Shown in pieces: positions 22,111-33,665 of a stretch of 33,891 bases of DNA (position 1 is the stretch's first letter; each line of letters starts with the position of its first letter). The DNA is taken from positions 1 to 33,891 of the forward strand of contig NW_025215128.1 of NCBI RefSeq assembly GCF_004010195.1. Reading direction: 5' to 3'. The translations under genes were made by a program, and so were the position numbers. The notes under the pieces are model-generated. The model worked only from the letters and a program-made list of their open reading frames with translations. It did not search any database and was not told the origin of the DNA. Origin of the DNA: Chiloscyllium plagiosum. Taxonomy: Eukaryota.

Positions 22111-22959
22111 AATAGTGAAATGCATTCATTTTAACACAGATGTGGTGAAAACACCAAAAATTTTATTCTAAAATTTTGCAAACACATAGAAGCACATATG
22201 AAAATCCATTCGGACGATTTTTTTTAGGAAATGATTATGTGTACGACAACAGCAATAATGCACCGACATGAAGCAGGGAATATGCTGAAGTCCTACAGTT
22301 CTGATAATGTTCAGGAATACCACACATGGTCCAATTTGAAGTCCGATACTGGGAAGATAAACTTGCGTGACCTTCATGAGAAGAAACCGCATATTTCTCA
22401 CACTCTCTTTCCTTGTTCATCATCATAGGAACGTATGTGAGCCAACAAAAAAAATAACACAAGTCGTCTTTACTACTCACCGAGAATTTCAGATGAGGAT
22501 TAATCAGAATCTCCCCACTGCTTGAAGCAAAGGTAATTCAACTAAATATCACTATTTCAAGAGATAAACCCATTGCGAGCAGGTTGTGTGAGCCGTGTAA
22601 CTTCACGACGAGAATGATATTTGGGCCAAACTTTCATTTGTTCCTTTTGTCATTAGTTCAACAAATGTGTGGACTAAGTTCTTTCAAGTTAACATTGCAG
22701 CAATTGTGTTTTCACGTCTGTTCGTGTCTGTGTGTGTGTGTTATTTGTGTTCTTGTGTAATCGTTTTTTAATTTTTTTGAAAGGGAAATATCAATGCACA
22801 TATTTCCGAAATCAACATCGTCATTCATCTTTCCATCATAGTTTGAGAAACCAGCCTAACCTGTTCCGAACTCTGACCCATTCTGAGATCTATGTCACAT
22901 CACCTGCCTGGCTGCAATTAAAAGTTGTTTTGAACAGTGTAGGCGTGGGACAAAGGAAG

Positions 22960-24260
22960 GGAACAGTGATCCGAAAACTCAGGAAACTATAGACTTAGTG
23001 AGCCTAAAGTCTATGATGTGTAAGTTGTTGAAGGTGATTCAGAGTGATATGATTTACATGTATTTGTTAAGGCAAGGACTGATTAGGAATCGTCAACAAG
23101 GCTTTTTGCGGTTGAAATCATGTCTCTTTAAATTGATTGAGTATTTTGAGGAGATGACAAAGAAGATTGATGAAGGCAGTGTGGTACAAATTGTTTATGA
23201 GGTGTTCGCTCAGGGTGCACATTATAGACAGATTACTAAGGTTAGGTCACATGGGATTCAGGAGAAGCCACCCAATCGGATACAAAATTGGCATGAAGGA
23301 AAACTATTGTTTTCTAGACTGGAGGCCGAGGGCCAGCGGTGTGCTGAAAAGATTAATGCTGAGAACACTGCTTTTCACGAGGTATATAAATGATTTCTGT
23401 GCGAATTACGAAGGCATGATTAGTAAGTTGATAGATAATAGTTTAAAAAAACAGTGGACCGTGAATATTATCTCAGAACACCACGGATCCTAAACTCCCA
23501 ATGGGTCAAGGAGTCATAGATGGAGTTTAATTTCGATAATTGTGAGGTTTTATATTTTGACAAACAAGTCAGTGCAGATCCTTAGGGAATGATCCAGATC
23601 AAAGAGACAGAGCAGTGCAGGTTCATCGTTCCTTTAAAGTGTAGTCACAGACACTTGTCTTAATATGTCAGAGCATTGAATAGAATAGCATCTTGCGCCT
23701 GTGCTGAACGTTGTTGAGGCCACTTGAATAATGTTGTGTATAACACTGTTGATTCTTCGAAAGGAGGGATGCTGTTAAACTTGAGAGAGTGCAGTAACCA
23801 TTGACAAGGCTTTTCCAGAACGGCAAGTTTTGAGATACAGGAAGAAGATGACTAGTTTGTGGCATTTTCCCCTGGAGAGTCAAAGGCTGAGTGGTAACAT
23901 GAAACGGGTTTACTCAGTCATGAGGGACATGAATAGACTGATTCACCAAGGTCTTTTTCCCAGGACATGCATGTACAGAATTAGAGAGCATAGGTTTTTG
24001 TTGAGGGTAAAGATTTAGAACGGATTGGAGCTAACTTGTTTACACAGACGGTGGTGCGTCCAATAGCAAGTGATGTTAGAAGTAGTGGTGGATGCTGGTA
24101 GAATTCCGTCTTTAAAACATATCTGGAGAGGTACATTATAGGAATATTTTGGAGGGATATTGGTCAAATGGAGGAAAATGGGGCAGCATCAGTGTGGTTC
24201 TCTGGTTTGTGTGGACAGGTTGGAGTAAAAAGTCTGTTTCCACACTGTGTGACTCTCTGC
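22960..24260 (+). mobile_element. CR1 LINE, RT through 3' end, degenerate; further CR1 3' fragment at ~24290-24490
   Basis: ORF 22998..23393 VSLKSMMCKLL..GLIRNRQQGFLRLKSCLFKLIEYFEEMTKKIDEG; ends gtctgtttccacactgtgtgactct. Confidence 0.9.
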
Positions 24261-24494
24261 TTCGAAAACAGGGATGAAGAGAAACTCTGAAAGGACATTT
24301 GGAGTAGGAAATATTTTCCTCAAAAGATTGTGGTGTCTCTCTATGTACATTTATTCCAAATTGAGTTCGTTCAATATTTGACAGAGGAGTGAGTTACGGA
24401 TAATCGGCTATGGACAGGCGAGTGGGGCTGAGACTACACCTGATCAGCCACGATCTTAGTGCCTGTTGGAAAAGGCTCAAAGTGTCTAATAAGA

Positions 24495-24600
24495 GACAGT
24501 GAGGTCTGCAGATGCTGGAGATCAGAGTTGCTAGTGTTGCTTGGAAAAGCACAGCCTCGGATGTTGCCTGACCTGCTATGCTTTTCCAGAAACATACTAT
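24495..24600. mobile_element. Two inverted Penelope-terminus fragments forming a fold-back
   Basis: tggaaaagcacagc (24542-24555) and gctatgcttttcca (24575-24588) are inverted repeats; both halves match the PLE terminus. Confidence 0.75.
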
Positions 24601-25019
24601 CAAGTTAAAGTGTCTAATTTACAATCCTGCTAGCAGTCCCATCTTCCTTTTTTCCCATTTAACCTCTAAAACTGCTAGACAGGAGCAGTCTGAGGCCACT
24701 TACTCCTATAACCTGGTGAACAGCAACAGAGGAGTTCATTCAATCCTTAAGACTGCCACAAACAGTTTGCGGTAGTTTTGAAAATGGAATTAGAAAAGCA
24801 ATTCCGAGTATGAAAGAAGCCACTCATCTCAACTTACAAAGTTTCTGCTCACTGCAGCTTGTACTTCATTTGTCATCATGTTGTAGACCGAGGTTAACTT
24901 TGAAAAGAGGCCCCACACCTCAGCCAGAGACGGCGCACAAAATCCTCTGGCCTCCCTGCATGCAACGTTCAATACCAGAACATCCAGGAAAACAACAAAC
25001 ACTTAATTTCCAATAACAG

Positions 25020-25235
25020 AAAATGGAATATCAGAAACAGGAGCGGGTCGTTAATTCCCTCCATGCGCCTTCCCCATTCTCTGAGATCATGGCTGATCAG
25101 CCCCAGTTCCGAAATCCACTTTCATGCTCATATCTTCAGAGCCCTCAACTCTCAGACAGATTTGAAATCCATCTACATCCACTTTGAATACTTTCAGTGG
25201 TCTAGCTCCTCTAACTGTCTGTTGGAGGAAAACAC
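25020..25235 (-). mobile_element. CR1 3' end fragment
   Basis: gaaacaggagcgggtcg..ccattctctgagatcatggctgatc..tttgaatactttcagtg resembles a reversed CR1 3' UTR. Confidence 0.55.
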
Positions 25236-25257
25236 TCCATTGTCTCTGAAGATGCTT

Positions 25258-25525
25258 CTGGAGCTGGAGTTGGATGAACTTCGGATCATTCGGGAGGCAG
25301 AGGGGATTATTGACAGGACTTACAGAGAGGTAGTCACTCCCCAGATAAAAGGAAAAGACAGATGGGTGACAGTTAGGGGACAGAAAGGGAACCAGCAGGC
25401 AGTGCAGGAATCCCCTGTGGTCATTCCCCTCAACAATAAGTATACCGTTTTGGATACTGTTGGGGGGGATGACTTACCAGGGGAAAGCAGTGGGGCACCT
25501 GCTGCTCAGAAGGGAAGGGGAAGAA
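25258..25525 (+). mobile_element. CR1 ORF1 fragment (well preserved)
   Basis: LELELDELRIIREAEGIIDRTYREVVTPQ..WVTVR..QESPVVIPLNNKYTVLD, the CR1 ORF1 region upstream of the esterase domain. Confidence 0.85.
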
Positions 25526-25889
25526 CGCATTATAGGAGAACTACATGTATAGTGAATGGAGGCGCAAAATTGAAAGACTGAAGTTACTATTGCAGATTTT
25601 TTTTATATTTTCCCAAGGTTAATCACATTAAGGGATATGTACAGTGGGTGGGGAAAGCACATCGAGAAGAGGAGGTTCAATGTGTTGAATGACCTACTCC
25701 TTTCCTGATGTACCTGTGCAGGCAGTGAGAAAGTTCTGTAAATGTTGTCACAAGCTCTCAGATGTTAGGAAGGAAGCCTCTGCAGGGTCGACACGACTAT
25801 GTTTCCCATTCCCTTTTCCGATACCAAAGCTGGAGCAGGGTATTCTGTCCAGTTTTATACTTTAAGACCTCGGAGCAGTTTGATACAAT

Positions 25890-26147
25890 TGAGTGTCTTG
25901 CTTGGCCTTTTCAGAAACCATTGAAGAGTTTATCACATGTCTGTGTGTCTGGAGTCACGTTTAGGCCAGACCAGGAAAGCAGGAGATCGATGTTTACAAT
26001 CAACATTGGATGCAAAATCCAAATTACTGACACCACATTTTAGATCTCGATATTTTATTAATTGTTTTTAACTTCCACCAGCTGCCAGCGCATTAGCCTG
26101 GTCTGGATTAGTAATCCAGTGACATTTCCACAACTGCACCATCTCCA
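25890..26147 (-). mobile_element. Old Deu-domain (SacSINE1-like) SINE
   Basis: cttgcttggccttttcaga..gtctggagtcacgtttaggccagaccagg..ctggattagtaatccagtgacatttccacaactgcaccatctcc, recognised from memory of the consensus only. Confidence 0.55.
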
Positions 26148-26164
26148 CATGGGGACACATAAAA

Positions 26165-26990
26165 ACCCACACTGAGCGGGTTATTTCAGTGCTGCTCGAC
26201 AGTTCTGTTAAACAGAACTCCCACCAATTTGATTATCGTGATTGGACAGAGGGCATGGTAATTGGACAGATTGTAATTATTCTCCTCATAGGGGATGGGG
26301 CATAGCTGAGTAATTTTCCACATTGCCAGGGAGATGTCAGAGTTGGAACTGGAATGAAACAGCTTCCCCAGGGACACAGCTTGTTGTGCAGCCCAAGTCT
26401 TCAGTTCTATTGCAGGAATGGTGTCAGGGGTCATTGCCTTTGTCGTATCTCCTGTGTTCAGCGGTTTCTTCATGTCATGTGCAGCAAATTGAATTGGTTG
26501 AATACTGGCATCTGTTATCCTCTGGGCATCATGGCGAGGGTGAGGTGGATCATCGACTGAATACTTCTTGCTGAGTATGGCGCAGACACTGTATCCTTGT
26601 CTTTTACACTGATGTGCAGGGTTGTTCAGTTATTTATGATGGGGATATTTGTGGAACCCTCTCCTCCAATAAGCTGTTTATTCGTCCATCATCATTTATG
26701 ACTGGATGTGTCAGCTCTGAAGAGCTACTTTCTAATGTGTTAGTCTTGGGATCATTTCTCCCTTTCAAACAGGTGTTTGTTCTGCTGGTTGGAATGTAAC
26801 CAGTCAAGTGCAGTAGCGTTAATGGGTTGTCATCGGTTTTAGATACACATGGTTCTGACCCTGGCATGTTCACCCACACTTGTACCTGAACGATATTACC
26901 ATCGGCTTGATGGTAATGGTAGACTGAGGGATTATCCCGGGCAAAAAGTTCCAGATTGTGATTGAAAAGAATTCTGCTGCAGCTGTGGTT
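26165..26990 (-). mobile_element. LINE (CR1/L2-like) ORF2 fragment, RT N-terminal region
   Basis: ORF 26186..26473 DTTKAMTPDTIPAIELKTWA..LGKLF..MWKITQLCPI..SNYHAL corresponds to KA.GPD.IP..LK..A..L..LF..WK.A.V.P.HK...NYRPI. Confidence 0.85.
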
Positions 26991-28834
26991 TTTATTGCTA
27001 GAGCAATGTTAGGAATTCGCTTTTCTAAGTAAGTGGAGCTCGCTCTTTGAAGAGGATTTTTGACCTAGAAATGAATTAAGTGCAATAAAGAACTGGTGTG
27101 CAAAGAGGATTGAAAGACTCAGAGTTTTAGAATCATACAGTATGCAACAAACACTCGGCCCAACTTGTCCATGCTCACCAGGTTTCTTAATCTTATTTCT
27201 CTGTGTTTGGCCCATACCCCTCTAAACCTTCCCTAATCATGTTCCCATCCAATTGTCTCTTCAATGTTGCAATTGTATTCCCCTGTACCACTTTATCTGA
27301 CAGCCCATTACACACACATTCTGTCTGTGCGAAATATTTACCTCTTAGTTCTCTTAATTTTCTCTCCTCTCACCTTACATGTGTGCCCTTTGGTTTTGGA
27401 CATCTCTTCCCTGGGGAACAGACCTTGGCTATTCACACTATGCGTGCCACTCAAGATGTTATAACACTCTCGAAGTTCATTCTCAGTCTCCTACGCAAAT
27501 GGGTACACATTCCCAGCCTATTCATGCTATCCTTATATCTCAGAACCCCCAGTCTCCTTAACATCATTTCAAATATTTTTGTCACCTTTTTCAGTTCATA
27601 ACATCCTTCCGATAGCAGGACGACAAAAATTGTACTCAGTACTCCAGCTGTGGCCTTACCATTCTCTTGAACAACCACAACATGATGTCTAATTCCAGTA
27701 CTCAATGCTCTGATTAATAAAGGTAAGTGTACAAATGCCTTGTATGCCACCATGTCTACCTGCAACTCCACTTTCAAGGAGCTAACTCCCTGCACCCTTG
27801 TGTTTCTCCGAATGACAACACTCCCCCAGGCCCAAACGCTGACTGTGTAAATCTGCTCTGGTTTGTCTAACAAAATGCAACACGTCACATTTATCTACAT
27901 GAAGCTCAATCTGCCAGTCCCCACCCCAGTGGCCCAGTTGATCATGATCTCATTTTCCTTTTAAATTACCTTCTCCACTGTCCATTATACCAGCAATTTC
28001 GGCGTAGTCTACAAACTTACTGTCCATGCTTCATGTATTCTCATCCAAATCATTTATAAAAATAACCAACAACAGTGTATCGAGCAGTGGTCCTTCTGGC
28101 CCACCGCTGGTCACAACAAATCTCTCCCAGTGCCCTCTGCCTCCTACTGCCAGGCCTGTTTGGTATCTGATTGGCTAGCTCTCCATGATCCCCTGTGATA
28201 TAACCTTATTGACCAGTCCACTATGTGTAACCTTGTTGGGCCTCACTAAGGTCCATGTAAACAATGTATGCTGCTTTACCTTCATCTATCTTCCTGACCA
28301 CCTCTTGAAACATTTCACTCAAATTTGTGAAACANNNNNNNNNNNNNNNNNNNNNNNNNNNNNNNNNNNNNNNNNNNNNNNNNNNNNNNNNNNNNNNNNN
28401 NNNNNNNNNNNNNNNNNNNNNNNNNNNNNNNNNNNNNNNNNNNNNNNNNNNNNNNNNNNNNNNNNNNNNNNNNNNNNNNNNNNNNNNNNNNNNNNNNNNN
28501 NNNNNNNNNNNNNNNNNNNNNNNNNNNNNNNNNNNNNNNNNNNNNNNNNNNNNNNNNNNNNNNNNNNNNNNNNNNNNNNNNNNNNNNNNNNNNNNNNNNN
28601 NNNNNNNNNNNNNNNNNNNNNNNNNNNNNNNNNNNNNNNNNNNNNNNNNNNNNNNNNNNNNNNNNNNNNNNNNNNNNNNNNNNNNNNNNNNNNNNNNNNN
28701 NNNNNNNNNNNNNNNNNNNNNNNNNNNNNNNNNNNNNNNNNNNNNNNNNNNNNNTTTCTTTTTAAAATAATGTTATAACACTAGCTGACTTCCAGTCCTC
28801 CAGTGCCTCACCCGTGGTTGTCAGTCATACAAAT

Positions 28835-28974
28835 AAAATACGAAAGAACTGTGGATGCTGTGAATCAGGAACCACGAGAAGGTACTGGGAAAGCTCAGCA
28901 GGTCAGGCAGTATCTGTGCAGAGAAACCAGAGTTAACATTTCGGATCCAGTGACCCATCCTCAGAACTCTAAGG
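28835..28974 (-). mobile_element. ~140-bp Penelope-terminus-type element (family B) inserted in CR1
   Basis: Minus strand: agagttctgaggatgggtcactggatccgaaatgttaactctggtttctctgcacagatactgcctgacctgctgagctttcccag..cagcatccacagttctttc. CR1 resumes on both sides with a degenerate atacaa duplication. Confidence 0.8.
28929..28970 (-). ncRNA. Minimal type I hammerhead ribozyme motif (best-preserved copy)
   Basis: AGAGUU-CUGAGGA-U-GGGUC(ACUG)GAUCC-GAAA-U-GUU-AACUCU: perfect 6-bp stem I, 5-bp stem II with one GU, intact CUGANGA/GAAA core, loop-less stem III. Confidence 0.75.
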
Positions 28975-29215
28975 AATGATACAATGATCTCAGCAAAGGG
29001 ACCCACAATTTCTTCGCCAGCTTCCCTCAATAACCTGAAGAGGTCCTGGGTATTTTTTTATGGTTATGCATTTTCAGACCTCCAGCACTTCCTCTTCTGT
29101 AATGAGGCCTCTTTGCAAAACATCACGACATGGATTTATTTCCCTGAGTTCCCTCACTTCCATGTCTTTCGCCACAGTAAATACTGACGCGAAATATTCA
29201 TGTGGGACCTCACCC

Positions 29216-29535
29216 GTCGAGCAGTAACAGGCTGAAAGGCAGCAGAGTGAGGGAGGTTGAGTCCTTGTGAGGAGTGTGAATCCAGCATGGCCATGCCCTT
29301 ATGGACTGTGTTGTTGAACTGTTAACTGTGTTTCGGTGTTTTTCCAGCTTTATAGGAAGGGCTATAATGTTTGACATTTTAACTGTGTTTTCTTTTTTTT
29401 TGCTTTGTACCAAGATTCTGCACCTTAGGGAGGAGAGGAACTTTGCAACTGAGATTGCATCACGTGCAGCGACTTGTAAACTTATCACTGTCCTCATCTG
29501 AGTACATGTGACAATAAACCTAATAAACCTAATTC
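29216..29535 (+). mobile_element. Unclassified ~320-bp non-autonomous retroposon-like insertion in CR1
   Basis: Interrupts CR1 at gacctcaccc|atctt; ends in the hairpin tgtcctcatctgagtaca followed by gtgacaataaacctaataaacctaattc. Confidence 0.55.
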
Positions 29536-30024
29536 ATCTTATGTGGAATCACATTGGATGGCTGCCTGATTATTAAGGGGCCCTATTCACTCCCCAGTTT
29601 CTCTTTTGCCCTTAATATCCTTGTGGAATCTCTTCCTATTTTCCTTAACCGTATCAGCCAAAGTTATATCATGCCCTCTTTTTGCCCTCCTGATTTCCCT
29701 AGTAAGTGTTCTCCTACACCCCGGTAAACTCAAGGGATTCCATTGTTCCCAGCTGTCTATTCCTGACATATCCCTCCTTCTCTTTTCCTTGACCAGAGCC
29801 TCAATATCCCCTGTCATGTCCTACTCCTACTAGCATTGCCTTTCACACTAACAGGAACACACTGTTCCTAAACTCTCATTATCTCACATTTGAAAGACTC
29901 CCATTTGCCAGATGTCCCTTCACCTGTGAACAGCTTCCGCTAAATCATCTTCTGAAAGTTCCAGCCTAATACTATCACAATGAGCCTTGCCCCAATTTAT
30001 AACGTTAACTTGTGGACCAGAACA

Positions 30025-33000
30025 TCGGATCCAGTCTCCAGACTACACCGGACCCTATCTCCAGACCGCAACTAGCCTAGTCTTCAGGCCACACTGAGCC
30101 CAGCCTCCACACCGCATAGGGCTCAGTATACAACCACACAGAGTCCAGTCTCCTGGTTACACTGGTCCCCGTCTCAAGACCGCATAGGGATTAGTCTCCA
30201 GGCTGCGCCAGGCCCAATCTCCAGCAACACTGGACCCAGTCTCCAGACTGGACTGTGCCCAGTCTCCAGACTGCACAAGTGCAGACTACAGAGCAAACCG
30301 GACCCAGTCTCCAGACTGCACTGGAACATCTCCAGACGACATCGTGTCCAGTCTCAAGAAAGCAACGTGCCCAGTCACCAGAAAGTACCGTGTCCAGTCT
30401 TCAGACCACACCGGGCCCAGTCTCTAGACCACACAAGGCCCAGTATCCAGACTGCACCATGTCCAGTCTCCAGACCACACTGGACCCAGTCTCCAGAAAG
30501 CACTGTTTCCAGTCGACAGGCCACATCAGCCCCTGTCTCCAGACCGCATCGGGCCCATTCTCCAGACTACACCGGACCCTGTCTCCAGACCACAAATAGC
30601 CTAGTCTCCAGACCGCACCATGTCCAGTCTCCAGACCACACCGGGAGCTATCTCCAGACCACACCGGGCCCTGTCTCCAGGTCACACAGACCCTGTCTCC
30701 AGGCCACACCGGACCTTGTCTCCAGACTGCTACTAGCCCAGTCTCCTGGCTGCACTGGGCCCAGTCTCCAGACCGCATAGGGCTTAGGCTCCAGAGAGCA
30801 CGCATCAGTTTCCAGGCCACACCGGACCTTGTCTCGAGACTGCCACTAGCCCTGTCTCCAGTCTACACTGGGACCAGTGTCCTGGCTGCAATGGGCCAAG
30901 TCTCCAGGCTGCGGCAGGCCCAGTCTCCACACAACACTGGAACCAGTCTCCAGACAGGACAGTGTCCACTCTCCAAACTGCACTGGTCCAGACTACAGAG
31001 CACACTGGGCCCAGTCTCTAGACTGCACCGGGCCCTGTCTCCAGATCGCCCCATGCCCAGTCTTCATGCTGCACTGCATCCAGTCTCTAGACGGCAAATA
31101 CACAAGTCTCCAGACCGCACCGTGCCCATGTTCCAGACTGCACCAGACCTAGTCTCCAGACTGGACAGGGCCCAGTCTACAGACTGCACCAAGCTCAGGC
31201 TCCAGATCGAACCAGGTCCAGTCTCCAGGCATTACTGGGCTCAGTCTCCAGGCTACACAAGGCCCAGTCTCAGAACCGTACTTGGCTCAGTCTCCAGTCC
31301 ACACATTACCCAGTCTCGAGACGGCACTGGGCCCAGTCACCAGACGGCACTGGTCCCAGTCTCCTGGCTGCACAAAGACAAGTCTCCAGATCACGTAGGG
31401 CTCTGTCTCCAGGCTGTGCCAGGCCCGGTCTCCAGGCAACACTGGACCCAGTATCCAGATTGGACTGTGCCCAGTCTCCAGATTGCACCATTGCAGACAA
31501 AAGGCCATAACGTGTCCAGTCTCCAGACCACAACTGGCCCAGTCTCCAAAACGCAGCCGTGTCCAGTCTCTAGACCGTACCATATCCAGTCTCCAGACCA
31601 CACCGGGCCCTGTCTCCAGACCGCACCATGTCCAGTCTCCAGGCCACACTGGACCCTTTCTCCAGACAGCTTCGAGCCCAGTCTCCTGGCTGCACTGGGC
31701 CCAGTCTCCAGATCGCATAGGGCTCAGGCTCCAGAGTGCACGTATCCAGTCTCCAGGCCACACCGGACCTTGTCTCCAGACTGCCACCAGCCAAGTCTCC
31801 AGTCCACACTGGGGCCAGTGTCTTGGTTGCCATGGGCCCAGTCTCCAGGTAGCGCCAGGCCGAGTCTCCAGACTGGACTGTGCCCACTCTCCAGACTGCA
31901 CCGGTCCAGACTATAGAGCACACCCAGCCCAGTCCCCAGAATATACCATGTTCATTCTCCAGAACAAAGCAGAACCAGTCTCCAGAAAGCACCGTGTCCA
32001 GTCTCCAGGCCACACTGGACCCTGTCTCCAGACCGCAACTAGCCTAGTCTTTAGGCCGCAGTGGTCCTACCCTCCAGGCCACACAGGGCCCAGTCTCCAG
32101 GCTGTGCCAGGCCCACTCTCCAGGCAACACTGGACCCAGTCTCCACTGGTCCAAACCACAAAGCTTACTGGGCCCAATTTCCAGAAAACACCATGTCCAG
32201 TCTCCAGGCCACACCGGTCCTTGTCTCCAGACCAGCATCAGCCCAGTCTCCAGTCCTCACAGGGCCCAGTTTCCTGATTCCTGAAGGAGGGCTCATGCCT
32301 GAAACGTTGATTCTCCTGCTCCTTGGATGCTGCCTGATCTGATGCGCTTTTTCAGCAACACATTTTCAGCTCTTATCTCCAGCACCTGCAGTCCTCACTT
32401 TCTTCCAGACCACACTGGGCCCAGTCTCCAGACGGCGACTAGCCCAGACCTCTGGTTGCACTGGGCGCAGTCTCCAGACTGCATAGGGCTTAGTCTCCAG
32501 AAATCACCATGTTGAGTCTCCAGGCTACACCGGTCCTTGTCTGCAGACCACCACTAGCCCAGTCTCCAGTCCGCGCTGGGCCCAGTCTCCTGGCTGCACT
32601 GGGCCCAGTCTCCAGACCGCATAGGGCTCAGACTCCAGGCTGCGCCAGGAACAGTCTATAGGCAACACTGGACCCAGTCTCCAGACTGGACTGTGCCCAG
32701 TCTCCAGACTGCGCCGATCCAGATTACAGAGCACACCGGGCCCAGTCTCCAGATCGCAACAAGCCCATTCATAACCCTGTACTGGACCCAGTCTCCACAC
32801 CGCACCGGGGCCTAGTCTCCAGACTGTAAAGTGCACAGTCTCCAGACAACACTGAGCAGAATCTCCAGAACGCACCAGGCCCAGTCTCCAGACTGTCAGA
32901 TGACCAGTCTCCAGACCGTACCAGCACCAGCCTCCAGACTGCAGAGGTTTCAGTCTCCAGGCGACACTTGGCCCAATCTCCAGACCACACCGGGCCCAAT

Positions 33001-33537
33001 CTCCAGATCACACCGGGCCTAATCTCCAGCCCAAACCGGGCCCAATCTCCAGACCACACCGGGCCCAATCTCCAGACCACACCGGGCCCAATCGCCAGGC
33101 TACACCTGGCCTAGTCGCCAGACCACACCAGGCCCAATCTCCAGACCACACCGGGCCTAATCTCCAGACTACACCTGGCCTAGTCGCCAGACCACACCAG
33201 GCCCAGTCTCCAGACTTCACCGGGCCCTGTCTCCAGACCGCCCCATGCCCAGTCTTCAGGCCGCACTGCACCCAGTCTCCATACTTCACCAGGTCCAGTC
33301 TACAAACTGCACCAGGCACAATCTCTAGGTTGCACAGGGCAGAGTCCCCAGTCTGCTCAGGCCCCTGTATCCAGAATACAGCCGGCCAAGTCTCCAGATG
33401 GCAAATAAACCAGTGTCCTGATCGCATAGGGCCCAGTTTCCAAATCGCACCAGACCTAGTCTCCAAATTGCACCGGGCCCAGTTTCCAGTCTCCAGACCC
33501 AGTCTCCTGACTGCACTGGGCCCAGTCGCCAGACTGG
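30025..33537. repeat. 23-bp minisatellite array (ccagtctccagaccacaccgggc) with higher-order variant blocks
   Basis: About 3.5 kb of units with the core ccagtctccag; cleanest 23-bp period at ~32970-33200 (ggcccaatctccagaccacaccg). Confidence 0.97.
32274..32405 (+). mobile_element. ~130-bp Penelope-terminus element with hammerhead motif (family A) inserted in the satellite
   Basis: gattc CTGAAGG a gggc tcat gcct GAAAC GTT gattc tcctgctccttggatgctgcctga..ccagcacctgcagtcctcacttt. Confidence 0.85.
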
Positions 33538-33665
33538 GTAAAAACAATGACTGCAGATGCTGGAAAGCAGATTCTGGATTAGTGGTGCTGGAAGAGCACA
33601 GCAGTTCAGGCAGCACCCAAAGAGCAGCGAAATCGACGTTTCAGGCAAAAGCCCGGGCAAAAGCC
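33538..33665 (-). mobile_element. Penelope 3' terminus fragment (family A), truncated within the hammerhead
   Basis: Minus strand gggcttttgcctgaaacgtcgatttcgctgctc..ccagcatctgcagtcattgtttttac; CUGANGA absent. Confidence 0.85.

Larger units (their letters stand above)
27115..30020 (-). mobile_element. CR1 LINE (3' end to ORF2 middle) spanning a gap, with two nested insertions
   Basis: ORF 27451..27888 (LKVELQVD..KVTKIFEMML..LGVLRYKDSMNRLG) and ORF 29587..29817 (MTGDIEALVKEK..LTREIRRAKRGH..VKENRKRFHKDIKGKR) are CR1 ORF2 segments. Confidence 0.88.

Noticed and set aside
25063..25581. 172-aa ORF
   Set aside because: Chance fusion of an antisense CR1 3' fragment and a CR1 ORF1 fragment.
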